Of a stretch of 64,000 nt of DNA, positions 36,372-49,853 are shown piece after piece; the first letter of the stretch is position 1, and every line of letters starts with the position of its first letter. The stretch is taken from assembly GCA_030324005.1 (NCBI GenBank), contig JARDVH010000110.1, forward strand, positions 22,641,475-22,705,474, given 5' to 3'. The notes below the pieces were generated by a model, which was not told where the DNA came from, ran no database searches, and worked only from the letters and a program-made list of their open reading frames with translations. A program made the position numbers and the translations under genes. This DNA is from Negaprion brevirostris (taxonomy: Eukaryota).

Positions 36372-37124
36372 GGCGTCAATTTTACCATTGAATTGCACTC
36401 ATTTTCAGGCACAAAAACTTGGTAAAGTCGGTCTGAGGTGAATAGCATGATCTGCGCCCACGAAGATTCCCCTTTTGCCAAGGCCCGAAAATGGCCGCGA
36501 TTGGCACCATGCCTGAAATGGGCACGACGTCAATTTAAATGCATTTGAATTGATTTAATGGGCTGGACGTCCAAACTTACCCTNNNNNNNNNNNNNNNNN
36601 NNNNNNNNNNNNNNNNNNNNNNNNNNNNNNNNNNNNNNNNNNNNNNNNNNNNNNNNNNNNNNNNNNNNNNNNNNNNNNNNNNNNNNNNNNNNNNNNNNNN
36701 NNNNNNNNNNNNNNNNNNNNNNNNNNNNNNNNNNNNNNNNNNNNNNNNNNNNNNNNNNNNNNNNNNNNNNNNNNNNNNNNNNNNNNNNNNNNNNNNNNNN
36801 NNNNNNNNNNNNNNCAGATCACTCTCTGGTGGGGGGTGGGGTCAGATATATCTCTGGTTGGGGGAGAGGGGGAGCAGGAGGGAGGCTTTTTGTGGCCTAG
36901 GAGCGATGTGGCAGGGGAGCACTTTTCAATTTTTTTTTAACTGCACGTGAACAGCTGAACGCTCTGATCGGAGCAGCAGCGTTTCGGGTGCGATAAGCCC
37001 CGCCCACAGCACAATTCAGATTTGTGACTTTTTTTCAGGCTGTGTGCGTACACGGGTGCCTGAGACAGGGTTTACAAGTCAAATCTGATTCAACATTTAG
37101 AATCAAAATGGTAAAATCATGTCC
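36372..37124. mobile_element. Harbinger-type MITE with N gap
   Basis: TIR ggcgtcaattttacca / tggtaaaatcatgtcc. Confidence 0.7.
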
Positions 37125-38043
37125 ATGGTCTCACAATGTTTAAGCTTTCATGGCAAATAAATTCAACAGCATTGGTAGGTGGACCATTAGATATAGAGCC
37201 TGTAATTCATTGATACAGTTGGAGCGATGTGCCATATTCTTTGCCATGGCATTTTACCTCAGTGTTAAGTGTTCATTTGGACATGGTTGAGGAATCACAT
37301 TCCAATCAGCCTCACAGAATAAAGTACATTGTTCCACATAGTGATGCAATGGTCTGTTTAATAGTTCTTGCTTACCACCTAGCGATGAAATTGATGCCAT
37401 AAATTTAATCACATTGATAATATGTTAAATTGACAAAAGTGGAAGAATCATAAGTCACCAAATAACTGGCAGACTTTAATAAGAAAGAGAAGATTTCTCT
37501 CCAATTCAGGAGTCATTATAATTGGGCAACAGCTCCATTTTTAACAGCAAAATGAGTAGAGGCCTATCACAAGGAAATCAATTTTTTTTTCTCAAGGGCA
37601 AAGCCTGCAGTGCTTCAAGTGAGAATGACATAAATCGAGTCTGAATAATTCCAACAGAAGATCAATTTTTAGCTTGCTGTAAGAATAGATGTGTCTTAAA
37701 TATCTTTGCTTTTCATGTTTTGTGCAGCAGATATGTACATTTCAAATAGTCAGAAACCTCTGGCTTATGACAGAATTGCGAGAGGGCTCCTTCCTGATTG
37801 TTCTCTTGGTCTTCCCAACTCTAATTCCAATATAAGCAAACAAAATGGTTTTGTCAGTATTGACACTGAACTGACAGGATAATATCAGCCATGATCTCTC
37901 TGTACAAGTCCATGCTTAAAACCATTATGCTTGAGTATGTCACTGTAGAAGTGTGGGAGTCCGGACATAGGAGGTGGACAAATAACACTTCATACCATTC
38001 CACTCCGTTCATATAACTGTGTCTGTATTATCTTATTTTACTA

Positions 38044-38110
38044 CTATGAAAATCCCCTAGTCGTCACACTCCAGTGGTTGTTCGGGTACGCTGAGGGAGA
38101 ATTTAGCATT
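38044..38110 (-). mobile_element. Type B SINE fragment
   Basis: gaaaatcccctagtcgtcacactccag...gctgagggagaatttagcat. Confidence 0.7.
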
Positions 38111-38255
38111 ACATGTTGGAGTTTGGGGCTGAATTTTACATCACATAGGTGACATTGATTGATATTCTCTCCCACACAGTCACTAAGTGTGGCTGTTTCT
38201 TTAGCAGAAACGCTATTGTGTAGCATTGGATCTTCTTTGGACACTGGCTAAACCA

Positions 38256-38600
38256 GGGGAGGCGATGGACTAGTGGTATTATTGCCAGACTATTAATTCC
38301 AAAACTCATCTAATGTTGTGGGGACCTGGGTTCGAAACCCACCATGGCAGATGGTGGAATTTGAATTCAATAAAAAATATCTGGAGTTAAGAATCTACTG
38401 AGGACTATTGATTGCTGATTGGCAGGGAAAACCTCATCGGGTTCAGTAATGTCCTTTAGGGAAGGAAACCTGCCATCCTCACCTGGGCTGGCCTACATGT
38501 GACTCCAGAGTCACAGCAATGTTGTTGACTCTTAACTGCCCTCAGACAATTGGGGATGGCCAGCCAGCAACACCCATGTCCACAAATGAATGAAAAAAAC
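38256..38600 (+). mobile_element. tRNA SINE, type C
   Basis: B-box gggttcgaaaccc; core tttagggaaggaaacctgcc; homologous to 42606-42948. Confidence 0.8.
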
Positions 38601-38849
38601 AACTGGATTTGGAAGTGTTTATGCAATGATAAGAAATGTTGGTGCAAATATACCTCAGACTCCCTGCCTTGTTCCATCTCTACAAAGCTGCTAAACTTTC
38701 TCTATCTTGTATCCTGTAATTCTTTAACTCCCATAGTTTGATGGCAGCCTTCTCATACTTCTTTGGAATTACCAGAGGTTGGAGGGAAGTGCTGCTTTTT
38801 TCTTTTCAAATGCATCTTGCAACATTAAGAAGAATACAGAATGGTATGT

Positions 38850-39192
38850 GAAGCTCAATCTGCATCCCACTGTGTGAATACGTGATAAGACTAAAAATCA
38901 AGAACAATTTTAATCGAGTAAGTAAGGAGAAACTTCTGGTGGCAGAAGAATTGGTAACAAGGAGATTCAGACTTAAAGTGATTGGCAAAAAAACCAAGAG
39001 TTAAGTGAGGGAAAACATGTAAACAGTGAATTATTTTGATCTGGGACAACCCCAAAAGGGTGAAAACAGATTGAATATTAATTTCCAAATGGGAGTTGGA
39101 TAAATACATGTATTTTTTCAATGTTTCTGGAGTAAAAGGGGCAGTGGAATGGACAAATTGAATACCATCACAAAGAGCTGGTACGGACACAG
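38850..39192 (+). mobile_element. Old CR1 3' fragment
   Basis: aacaaggagattcagacttaaagtgattggcaaaa...gggagttggataaatac...aagagctggtac. Confidence 0.6.
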
Positions 39193-39409
39193 TGGCTGGG
39201 ATTTTTCAGACTCNNNNNNNNNNNNNNNNNNNNNNNNNNNNNNNNNNNNNNNNNNNNNNNNNNNNNNNNNNNNNNNNNNNNNNNNNNNNNNNNNNNNNNN
39301 NNNNNNNNNNNNNNNNNNNNNNNNNNNNNNNNNNNNNNNNNNNNNNNNNNNNNNNNNNNNNNNNNNNNNNNNNNNNNNNNNNNNNNNNNNNNCTGGTACG
39401 GACACAGTG

Positions 39410-39545
39410 GCTGGGATTTTCAAATCTCACTCAATGCCAGACAGGGAATTTCCACCCTAAGTCAATGGACTTTTGGCTGGTCTGTCAAATTTTCCATCCT
39501 GCCCATGATAATTCCAGCTGCAGGCAGGACCAGAAAATCCCAGGT
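39410..39545. mobile_element. Short Harbinger-type MITE (inverse orientation)
   Basis: ggctgggattttc / gaaaatcccag. Confidence 0.6.
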
Positions 39546-40954
39546 CAAGTGGCTTCTCTGTATTATTCTGGGATTCTACGAACACAACATACAAGTAATT
39601 TTTGGTGGAAATTTTCACTTGAAGAAGCAACAACATGCTGTAATAAGAAATGTTGTAGAATGCCAACTGACAATAGCACTGTGTGAGATAAAGATGCAAA
39701 AGCTATTTTTCTGACGCTGCACCCCTCTCAGGACACAATGTCTGTGGTGTGATATAATGGGCAAAGGCTTTAACACAACACATTCACTTCTTAGCACTTT
39801 GTCCCTGAACCTCAGAATTTCTTCTTCATTTGGTCCTAGGGATTCATCACAGCCCCTATTCATTATATTTAGAAAGTGTGTTCAAATAATTATAACAAAA
39901 GGCTTTGCTAACTCTGGTGAACTTTGATCCCCAGTGAACTTTGATCTCCTCTCCAGGATGCATTAAGTTTGTGCAGTGATACTCTCATCTCATGTTGGGA
40001 TCATTTATAGTAATATTTGTCTCTTTTTGGGCAAGCAACTTCTGAATCTCTTGCAAGGTCACTGTATCGACTTCACTCCTTCTGTGATATACTGCTGTAC
40101 ATTATGCTTCCTCTGGACAGTTGAAGGCCATCTCCCCCTAAAGGTCTTTGCTCACTCATCAATGTTACAGCTGGTTACTGGCATATCCAAGGTTAGGTTT
40201 ACTAAAGGACAATTTCTCAATCTTTGTCAAGCCATTTTCTAGGAATATTGCAGACTTCAGAGCTGAATTAAAGTCAGTTTTGCCACTGATACTAAGGTTC
40301 GTTAGTTTCTTGAGAAGCACTAAAATAAAAATCAATATTGGAGGTGTGTTCTTGATTGGCTGTTAGTTTTTCACCATTGCAAATGAAATATTTGCACAAA
40401 TTATAAGTTCCAAAGCACACATATTCATGAATGTGTTGAGTCATAAATTGTAATGGAAGTGGTTGCTAGACTTCCTTTTACAAGAAAAAATATGGAAATG
40501 TAGCCCTAATTAAGTTAGTTACATATCAACTGGTCTCATGAGTAATGTCTCTGAAATTTATATCCAATATACACCTTAATGTGATCGCAATCTCGATGGG
40601 TTAGACAAAATTAATTGTGTGTTCACAATATTAGAATTTATGTCTTTATAATATTTAAGTTCATAAATTGTTAAACTACAAATGATTAGTTGGTTTCCTA
40701 TGTAAGATTAGATTTTTGTATTTCTCCTAGCTAGACTATATCTGCAAGTGCTAACATCTGATGGTACTAACATTATAGTGATGCTAGAGTTAATGTCCTA
40801 ATTCTGTGCTAGGCTAGTGTAACAAGTCATCCAGTTTTATACCAGTGGTGGTCCCACTGTCTGGTACCCAGCTACCTTATTTATTGGTAGTTTTAATGTA
40901 CCTATTGTCTCTTGCCAATGGACCAATGGACGAACTGGAAGGAACTCGGATGAA

Positions 40955-41584
40955 GGGATCTACTGTATTGTAACCAAATTTACTGATGATACAAAGATAA
41001 GTAGCATGTTGTGAGCAGGATACAAAGAATCGCCAAAGACACGTAGTGTTTGTGGGTGGCACGGTAGCACAGTGGTGAGCACTGCTGTTTCACAGCTCCA
41101 GGGTCCTGGGTTTGATTCCCAGCTTGGGTGACTGTCTGTGTGGAGTTTGCATGTTCTCCTCATGTCTGCGTGGGTTTCCTCCGGGTACTCCGGTTTCCTC
41201 CCACAGTCCAAAGATGTGCGGATTAGGTTGATTGTCTNNNNNNNNNNNNNNNNATGTGTAGGTTAGAGGGATTAGTGGGTATAATATGTAGGGATATGGG
41301 AGTAGGGCCTGGGGTGGGATTGTGTTTGGTGCAGACTCATTGGGCTGAAGGGCCTCTTTCTGCACTGTAGGGTTCTATGATTCTATGATTCTATGATAGA
41401 TAAGTCAGTGCACAAAAAAATTGGCAATTGGAGTATTATGTGGGGAAATATGACATTGCCCCACTGTTGTTGAAAGAATAGAAAAGTGGAGTTAAGGTGA
41501 TGTCAAATTATAATTTTGTTGCTGGCAGTGCAGGCTTGAGGAACTAAGTGGCCTACTCCTGCTTCTTTATTTTATGTTCTTATG
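40955..41584 (+). mobile_element. CR1 remnant (RT and 3' tail) split by a SINE
   Basis: aaatttactgatgatacaaagat (KFTDDTK); tail ggcctactcctgct...tatgttcttatg. Confidence 0.7.
41054..41395 (+). mobile_element. HE1-like SINE, type A (well preserved)
   Basis: Complete head and core with a (ttctatga)3 tail. Confidence 0.93.
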
Positions 41585-41953
41585 CCCCAGCCTCAAGGAA
41601 AGATTAAAAATGATGTTATTGCCTCAGAATTACCCAACAGCCCTGTGATACTTCAGTCTTGCAGTCATGCTGTGGGGGAGGGGAATCCCAGCCTATGTTT
41701 AGAGGGAACAGAGCCCCTGGCTACTTCCTGGGGATAGTAGGGAGGAGGTACAGCAGAAATTGGCTTTCCTTATGTCCTTTCCGACACCCACATGTCACTT
41801 TTAACAGATACATAGCATGGAACATATGTAGCTGTCATGAGATCTGCAGACAGTAAGAAAGACATAGCAGCAGCCTGGAAATCCTGATGGAAAGTATCAG
41901 GAAAATTTGCTTCACCTGCTTTATTCAGCGCCTGCAATGTCCATTATGGGCTG

Positions 41954-42152
41954 TGATGTGGAGATGTCGGTGTTGGGTTGGGGTGGGCACAGTAAGAAGA
42001 CTCACAACATCAGGTTAAAGCCCAGCAAGTTTATCTGGTATCACAAGCTTTTGGAGCATTGCTGCCTCATCAAGTGAGTGATGCCTGATGAAGGAGCAAC
42101 GCGTGATACCAAATAGACCTGTTGGATTATAATCTGGTGTTGTGAGACTTCA
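41954..42152. mobile_element. Palindromic PLE-type mini-element (family 1)
   Basis: Inverted arms with two decayed hammerheads (42042-42076 minus, 42082-42105 plus); TSD cattatgggctg / cattgttggctg. Confidence 0.82.
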
Positions 42153-42605
42153 CATTGTTGGCTGGAAATCATGTTTTAAGGTCACTTTGTGATTTTCTTC
42201 TCTCTAATGCAGTATCCTTTTAAAGGGCTGCTCTTTTGATTTGTCCCTGATATTGTTTTTAGTTAAATTAATTACACTGAGAATAGTATAAGGTGGAAAC
42301 GTACATGATTCTTAGGTTAAGCTGACTCTCAGACACAGGGTTCATTATGTGCAATGCTTTATTTGAATAAAATAGCCAGTGTTTCTTTCTGTAACCCAAA
42401 ATATTGGATCGGGGCAGACCAAGATGGTTTAGCCTGAATTTAACCTTCAGTCCAATTGAATTTACATGGGATGCACTTCGGTTTAGTCGGATAGAAATTG
42501 GCATTACTGATAGCACATTTTAGAATCCACCCCATTAGTTTTTCTATCAAACTCAATGGAAATGAAGATTAGGCCTAATTTAAATAAACTACTGATTTCC
42601 AATTT

Positions 42606-42948
42606 AGGGGCGGCAGTAGCGTAATGGAATTGCCCCTAGACTTAGGAATCCAGAGACCAAGTGCAATGCTCCGGGGATCTGGGTTCGAATCCCACCACAG
42701 TAGATGGNNNNNNNNNNTAAAAATCTGGAACCAAAAGTCTAATGATGACCATGAAACCATTGTTGATTCTCATAAAAACCTATCTGGTTCACTAATGGCC
42801 TTTAGGGAAGGAAATTGGCTGTCTTTACCTGGTCTAGTTCATACACGACACCAGACCCACAGCAATGTGGTTGACTCTTAAATACCCTCAGGGATGGACA
42901 GTAAATGCTGATCCAGCCAATGATGCTTGCATCCCCTGGACAAAGAAA
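42606..42948 (+). mobile_element. tRNA SINE, type C
   Basis: gggttcgaatccc B-box; homologous to 38256-38600. Confidence 0.8.
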
Positions 42949-43008
42949 ACTAAACTGCCCAGATGAACTTAAACCCGATTGTTTTTCATTCTAAGAGCCG
43001 ACATATAG

Positions 43009-44273
43009 GCCATAATTCTCCCATCCCGCTGTGCTGATTTTTTTTAGCATAGCAGTCCGTGAGATTTAGGTGCTACCTGATCCGAGGGATCCACACTGGG
43101 CATCCAGCTCTGAGCGTGTTTCCCACCACCAGATTTCCGACACTGTCAGCTCCACACCGATTTCCAGTGCAATGCTCCCTAATGAATTCAGCAGTTCATT
43201 TGAATCTAATTGAAATGCTATTAGTAAGCCTGGGACTAAAATCTCCAGACCAGCTAGCATCTCTCCCTTGCCAGGAGCTGTTCACTGCAGTGGAGTTTAC
43301 AGTAGCTCCCCACTTGCCAGGAGCTGGCAGCACAACCCTGCTGGAGTGAAGGGGGAGCATTCGAGGGCTCACAGTGGGTCGGACGCCAGGAAGGGGTGCC
43401 TCCTGGGCAGTGGCATCTTGGTAGTGCCAGCCCAAGGTGTAAAGTGCCAATAACCCAGAGGAACCTTGACACTACCCATCAGGCATGGAGCAGTGCCGTG
43501 GGGGCGGGGGAGGAGGGACGCCTGATGGGGTCAGGCCCTGATGGGGAGATCAGTGGGAGTGGGCCTTCCTGCTGCCACTCTGCAGTCAGCATTGGTAGGG
43601 GAGGGAAGGAGGCCAGCAAGCAGAGTTGCAGGGGTAGGGTGGGCACAGTAGGGTGAGGTTGGGGCTGCTGAGGATTGTCAGCGCTGCGGTGGGGCGGTTC
43701 AGCACTATGGAGGGGTATAGTTGAGACTGCTGGTGGGTGGGTGGAGATTGAGAGGAGGGTGCTGGAGATCGAGGTGGTCTGGGAGGTGGAGGGGGGGGTG
43801 TGGCGAGTTTGGCCAGGGCATGCTTGGGGGTCAGCNNNNNNNNNNNNNNNNNNNNNNNNNNNNNNNNNNNNNNNNNNNNNNNNNNNNNNNNNNNNNNNNN
43901 NNNNNNNNNNNNNNNNNNNNNNNNNNNNNNNNNNNGGCGAGCGGCGCCCGGGCATGCTTGGGGGTCAGCGATCGGGCTGTGTGCGGGTCGCAGGGCTGCC
44001 CATACAGGGTCATGGGGCTGGCCAGCCAGGGGCCACTGTGCATGCACCGATCTCAGTGCTAACAGACCTGGGCATATGCAGTGACCAGCTCAGCGTTATG
44101 CTGCTGGCCTCTTCAGCAGGAATAGGCCCCAGCCACAGATTTTTCCATAATTTATGCGGGTGCGCTCAGCAGTGCGCAGAGTGCGAGAGATGCTTCTCCG
44201 AACTCCCACTGAAAAAGATGTGATGTACTCCAGTTTTCACTCGAATTTGACACTTAGAATTTTTGGGGAGAAT
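43009..44273. mobile_element. Non-autonomous Harbinger-type element
   Basis: ggccataattctccc start; end ...cacttagaatttttggggagaat, with the last TIR bases missing. Confidence 0.8.
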
Positions 44274-45103
44274 GTATAATTGTTAAGGTAAGAAGCAGGA
44301 AAAGCGAGAAAATTGCATTATAAACCAATATTTTCATGTTTAATAAATGTTTTCTTGTTATTAAAACTAATTGGCAGTCCTGTGAAACTGTTCCTCCGTA
44401 TTTCATTAAAAGAATGTAAAAGTTACGGTCTTTTGAACCAGGGTTCCATTCTGGGATCTTCCCGTCCCGTTACTGGGATCATAACAGTGGGCACAAGAAG
44501 TATCTTAACAACATATTTTCAGGAGCAACTAATAAACTCATCAATAGCACACAGAAAAATCACCAATAATATATCTGCATTTGGATTGAGCATTGATAGT
44601 CTGAACAAGAAAAGTAACAACTGCACTATGGGCCATGGGCCAATAAAATACACAATTGAAAATATGCCAGAGTGTATGTAGGTCATTTAAATGTACCTGA
44701 GGCAGAAATCTTTTTTAATTAACATAAATGCAGAATGTATTTGAAGAAGATCATGAAAAAGAACTGCACTTCCTCAATCTGTTCCAAATTATTGCATTAT
44801 TTAAACTTATTGTACTTGCATTTGAAGGTGCATGAATGATAATTTTGATGTACTAAATTATATATTACATATATATGTTTATGCTTGGTAGGCATTGTGT
44901 TCTAATCTCAATTTAGTAAAACAGTGACTTTTTAAAAAATTATCTGAGAAAGATTATTTAGCAGAAAATAAAATTATTTCCATCAGTTTGCTCTGACATA
45001 TGAGTTTTCCTGCTTGAAGTTAAACGCTTGAAAGCATGCAAAGATTCTTTAATAAATATTTTAGCTGTTTCAAGAATGTTGTAAAGATGCTTCTTGTGCC
45101 CAC

Positions 45104-46340
45104 TGTTACAATCCCAGTTGATATAACGGGACGGGAAGATCCCAGAATGGAACTCTGGCTCAAAAGACCGTAATTTTTACATTCTTTTAATGAAATATGG
45201 AGGAACAGTTTCACAGGACCGCCAATTAGTTTTAATAACAAGAAAACATTTATNNNNNNNNNNNNNNNNNNNNNNNNNNNNNNNNNNNNNNNNNNNNNNN
45301 NNNNNNNNNNNNNNNNNNNNNNNNNNNNNNNNNNNNNNNNNNNNNNNNNNNNNGTTTCACAGGACCGCCAATTAGTTTTAATAACAAGAAAACATTTATT
45401 AAACATGAAAATATTGGATTATAATGCAATTTTCTTGCTTTTCCTGCTTCTTATCTTAACAATTATACACAGATTTTAAGATTAACGTGGATTATAAAGC
45501 ACATTGTAAACTACAATGGCCCCATTAACACAAAGTCCCTTTTTAAGCATATAGATTAGCTACGGTCAAATACACATAAGTTAGTGCGGCATAGTGGCAC
45601 AGTGGTCAGCACTACTGCCACACAGCGCCAGAGACCCAGGTTCGATTCCTGACTTGGGTCACTATCTCTGCATAGTCTGCATGTTCCCCCCATGTCTGTG
45701 TGGGTTTCCTCCCACATCTAAAAGACATGCTGGTTACGTGCACTACTATGCTAAATTCTCCCTCAGTGTACTGAATAGGCATCTGAGTATAGCGACTAAG
45801 GGATTTTCACAGTAACTTCATTGCATTGGTAATGTAAGCCTTCTTGTGACACTAATAAATGAACTTATAATTACTGTGTGTGGATTTCTTCTCAGAACCC
45901 CAGATGATCATCATATGAGAGTTGCTAAACCCTGCTCCCAAAAACACACTTTAAGTTCTTCCCTCATAATAATGGTTTCCCTTGGTGGCTTTGCATTCCA
46001 AAATGCAATCCAGTTTTTACAACTGACTGTTTTAAACAAGACTCCTCTCCACTTTTAACAGTGGATCCAGTCCAGGATTTTGCACCAATCCCTTCAGCAT
46101 ATCTTTGTCTTAAAGGTTTTACCGACTCCTAGGTCCAACCAACAATTCCCACAGACATTTCAATTCACATTCCACTGGCTGTGGTAAAATCTCACAAACC
46201 TGAAAATCTATTCAGATGTCCTTCTGGCATCTGAGCCTTCGTCTGAGCTCTGTCTGTCTTTATTAATGATCTTCTACTGTTTAACCTTAGACTGCTTGGA
46301 AACAACTCTCATGTCTCTGATTTCCTTAACTAGGTACTCT
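45104..46340 (-). mobile_element. Probable long LTR, interrupted by a SINE
   Basis: Starts TGTTACA with an internal tttatt; far boundary uncertain. Confidence 0.45.
45587..45866 (+). mobile_element. tRNA SINE, type B
   Basis: Head, B-box ggttcgattcc and type B tail. Confidence 0.9.
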
Positions 46341-46342
46341 TT

Positions 46343-46631
46343 AGGTTGGGGTGGGATGCTGTATTGACCTTAACTAGGCCTGTGGGTTTGGCCTCTTAGA
46401 GTATGAGCTCCCTGATTGAGGTAATGATTGCGTCAGAGCTACTGACACTCCGGATTCTGACTTTGTACCTGAAATACTCTTACGAATCGAGGTATGTTTG
46501 TAAATAAAGGGAATCAGGTGAAGGGACATCAGCATCTGAGGAGTTGTTTCAGATGCTGTTTTGGAGAGTCGGAGCAGACTCAATGAGCTGAATGGCTTCC
46601 TTCTGCACTGTAGGGATTCTATACTTCTATG
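46343..46631 (+). mobile_element. Type A SINE tail split by a solo LTR
   Basis: gggtgggatgc|tgttttggagagtcgg...cttctgcactgtagggattct. Confidence 0.7.
46360..46551 (+). mobile_element. Solo LTR, 192 bp
   Basis: TG...CA termini, AATAAA near 46503, perfect 5-bp TSD GATGC. Confidence 0.85.
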
Positions 46632-47226
46632 GCCTCCCAGATTGTTTTTATTGTGAACCAGCAGGCCAACTTTGTTCAGAATTTTCGCTGCAAACCTCCT
46701 CCCCATCTCCAAAGATGCCATTGAATCTCTGGGAAATATCACCCATGTTTCTCCAATTTGAATATTCTTTTCTATGCAACTAAACAGATATGGGTAGGAA
46801 CATGTTATGCTTCCAGGCCTGCTACATGGAAAATGGTGACTAGTGGTGAGTGGGGGTGGGGATGTGGAGGAAGACATTGTGCCATGCCTTTTTGATCCTC
46901 TTGCCCCAGCTCTGCCAGGAACCTGTTTGGGGGGCGGGTGGTTGGTTGTTGGTGGTGGGGGGGCTGGGAAACTTACCCAAGTTTCTGCACAGCAAATGCT
47001 GAGTTCCCACATCTCTCAGAAGTCGACCATTCAAATGTTTTATCAGGGCACAAGAAATTAAATCGTGCCCTGCCCTAGATATAATGCAGTGAGCTGAGTA
47101 CCCAACCAACATAGCTAACTGCCCAAAGGGAAATTTCTGTAAAATTGCTATCTTCCCCAAGAAGATAGCATAGCAAAACTGCACAATATGTGTATCCACC
47201 TACACTTCAATAACTCACACTGTTTG

Positions 47227-47900
47227 AGTGGAATTTAATGCCCCCTCCTGGGAGCAGTCTGGGACCTGGTAGTGTGGGGGGCTGGGGTGGAGGATGCACT
47301 TTTAATCTATTAGAAAAGCATCATTGGAAACTTTTGCCTTTGATGTACCCCTTATCCCTTCCCACCCATATGTCCCGATTGAGTCAGGAATGTGAAAGGT
47401 CAAGGTTACCCTTCCTGCCCCTAAATCAATTAACGGCAACATAAGGGCATCCACTGGCAACAGGGTGGGCTCATGGCACATATTGGCAGCCTTCGTGTAG
47501 ACTTGAAGGGGGAAAGAGCCCTCATATTCACTCTGAGAGCCCCATCAAAGGTGAAAACTGGTCGTGCAGGAAGGCCCTCCCTGATCTCATCCCCCTTTGC
47601 CTCCAACACCCCCATTCACTACGGCCTGCCTCGCTGTCCCAGGCAAGGCTGCCCCTCTTACATTTCTGTACCTGCAGCACAGCTCCTAGCTCTGGGTCTA
47701 TTGCAGTGCCATTGGGGTCCAAGGTACCTGCTGGCAATGTTGGGACTGAGGAAATGCCGATGCTCTGATTGACTGGCAGTTTGCGGAGGTGGGATTTTCA
47801 CTTCTAAAGGCTCAGAGGCCTGACAGCAGGCGGAAAGGTGCCTGATTGAGATTTAATCCTCTTGGTGCTTCGGAAAGTAACTGCTGTGGGATTGCTATGG
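47227..47900. mobile_element. Degraded GC-rich MITE-like repeat
   Basis: Starts gtggaatttaatgccc; right boundary unclear. Confidence 0.35.
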
Positions 47901-49294
47901 GCTTTTTGGTTAGTGGAAAGGGCCACTGTCACGGCCTTTAAATTGAGCCCTTTGTGTATTGAATGCTTTGGGAGGTCCTCACTTTTCTCACTGACTAAAC
48001 TGATGATCACTATCAGATGTTATAAATCAGACCCAATATCCTATCTCTGGTACAGTATCCACCTTAAAGATGTGGCATAGATCCAGAAATTATGATTTAT
48101 GATCATGCATAGATGTTAGTTTCATGACTGCGGTTTGGAGGCATTACGACGACAGTAGTTTACATTGAGAGTACTTTTTCTTTATAGTATTGTTTTATGT
48201 TTAAGGAAATGTACTGCTGCTGGTTTAAACAAATTCCAGTGAGTTTGTTTTTGCAGCTGGAAGTGTTGATTTATGATCTTATCAGACTTAATTTATTCAA
48301 TTCTGTGTGAGGAAAAACACAGAATAAATCTTTGTTATAATAGAAACTATCCATCAAATTCTGAAACACAATCATACTCCCTTGCAAATGCATTCTAAGT
48401 GAACTGCTTGCTCGTTATTCCAATAATCTAGAAGTTGTTTTCACTGATTGGCAGGAATTGACTCGACCAGTTGTTGGCAGAATCTCTTAAAAAGCTAAAC
48501 TCATATGTTTTGCAAGGGATTTTGATCATTTCAAAATTAAAGCTTAAATCTGCAGAGATAATTGGAAGAGCGTAAGTACTTTGCTTGTCCCAATTATCTT
48601 CTGCCAGATATTATTTGATACATGTGAATGGATATATTAAGGTGCCCAGAGCCCTGTATATGGCTGACAAAATGATGTCTACATGACCACTTGCTAGCAT
48701 CTGAAAAGTCTCTGTGGCATAAATAGCTCTCTCTCCTGACAAAACTGCAACCAGCAACCTTCCTCAAATAATCTATCCTTGATCACTTTACCTTTACAAC
48801 CCACAAGTAACATTACCATTGGTTTTCCCAATGCCTCAGATGCAAGAAGCAAAGGTTAATGGTCAATGGAGTTCAATCGAGAGAAGCATGAGGTAATGCG
48901 TTTGACAGAGGCTGCAATAAATGGTAGAAAACTATAGAGGAACAACAAAGAGACCTTTGAATGCATGTCACAGATCCCTAAAGGTGGTCAAGGTACATGA
49001 GATGCTTGTTTTTATTAGCCAAAGCCAAGAATATAACAGTTGGGTGATTACGATCAAACCACATAAAATACTAGCAGGAATGCTATGTGCAATTCTGGTC
49101 AGCACGCTGTAGGGATTGTACAGACAAGATTTACAAAGATGTTGTCTGGACTGAAGAAATTTAGTTATGTGGAAGGATTGGAAAGGTTAAGGTTGTTTCC
49201 TTTGGAATGGAAGAGGCTGAGGGGAGACCTATTTAATGTGCATAAAATGGTGTGGTGTCTAAATAGCAGGAAGGAAGACCCTGGTGTAATAAGT

Positions 49295-49543
49295 ATGAGT
49301 TTACTTTGTTCTCATTCTCCCTGTGTCTACGTGGGTTTCCTCCAGGCGCTCCTCCCACAGTCCAAAGGTGTGTAGGTTAGATGGATTAGCAATGCTAAAT
49401 TGCCCCTTAGTGTCAGGGGGAAATAGCTAGGGTAAATTCATTGGGTTATCAGGATAGGGCCTGGTGGGGTTTGTGGCCAGTGCAGACTCGATAGGCTGAA
49501 TGGCCTCCTTTAGCATAGTAAGATTCTATGATTCTATGATCTA
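49295..49543 (+). mobile_element. HE1-like SINE, type A (5' truncated)
   Basis: Core cctcccacagtccaaagg and tail gattctatgattctatga. Confidence 0.8.
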
Positions 49544-49853
49544 TGTTGGTTGAAGGAATGAAAAGGCAACCTATTATCCAAATAGAGAAAAACTTCAAAA
49601 TACTTCAGTACAGAGAGACCTGGATGTCCTCATGCACACATCACAGGAAGTTAGTATGCCGGTGCAGCAAGTTGTAAGAAATAGAATTTTGGCATTTGTT
49701 GCTGATGGAATAGAGTATAAATGTAGGGAACTGCTATTCCAACCATACTGGGCATTGGTGAGATCATATCTAGAATATTGATCACAGCTTTGGTCCCCTT
49801 ACTTGAGAAGGGATGTAAATGCATTAGAGGCAGTTCAGAGAAATGTTATGTTA

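Noticed and set aside
41054-41125. tRNA-like sequences with A and B boxes
   Set aside because: These are SINE heads continuing into SINE cores; no complete cloverleaf gene can be supported.
44313-45406. Two similar ORFs (INVFLLLKLIG.PVKLFL.ISLKECK.YGLL) suggesting a paralogous gene pair
   Set aside because: A by-product of the inverted duplication of non-coding LTR-like DNA.
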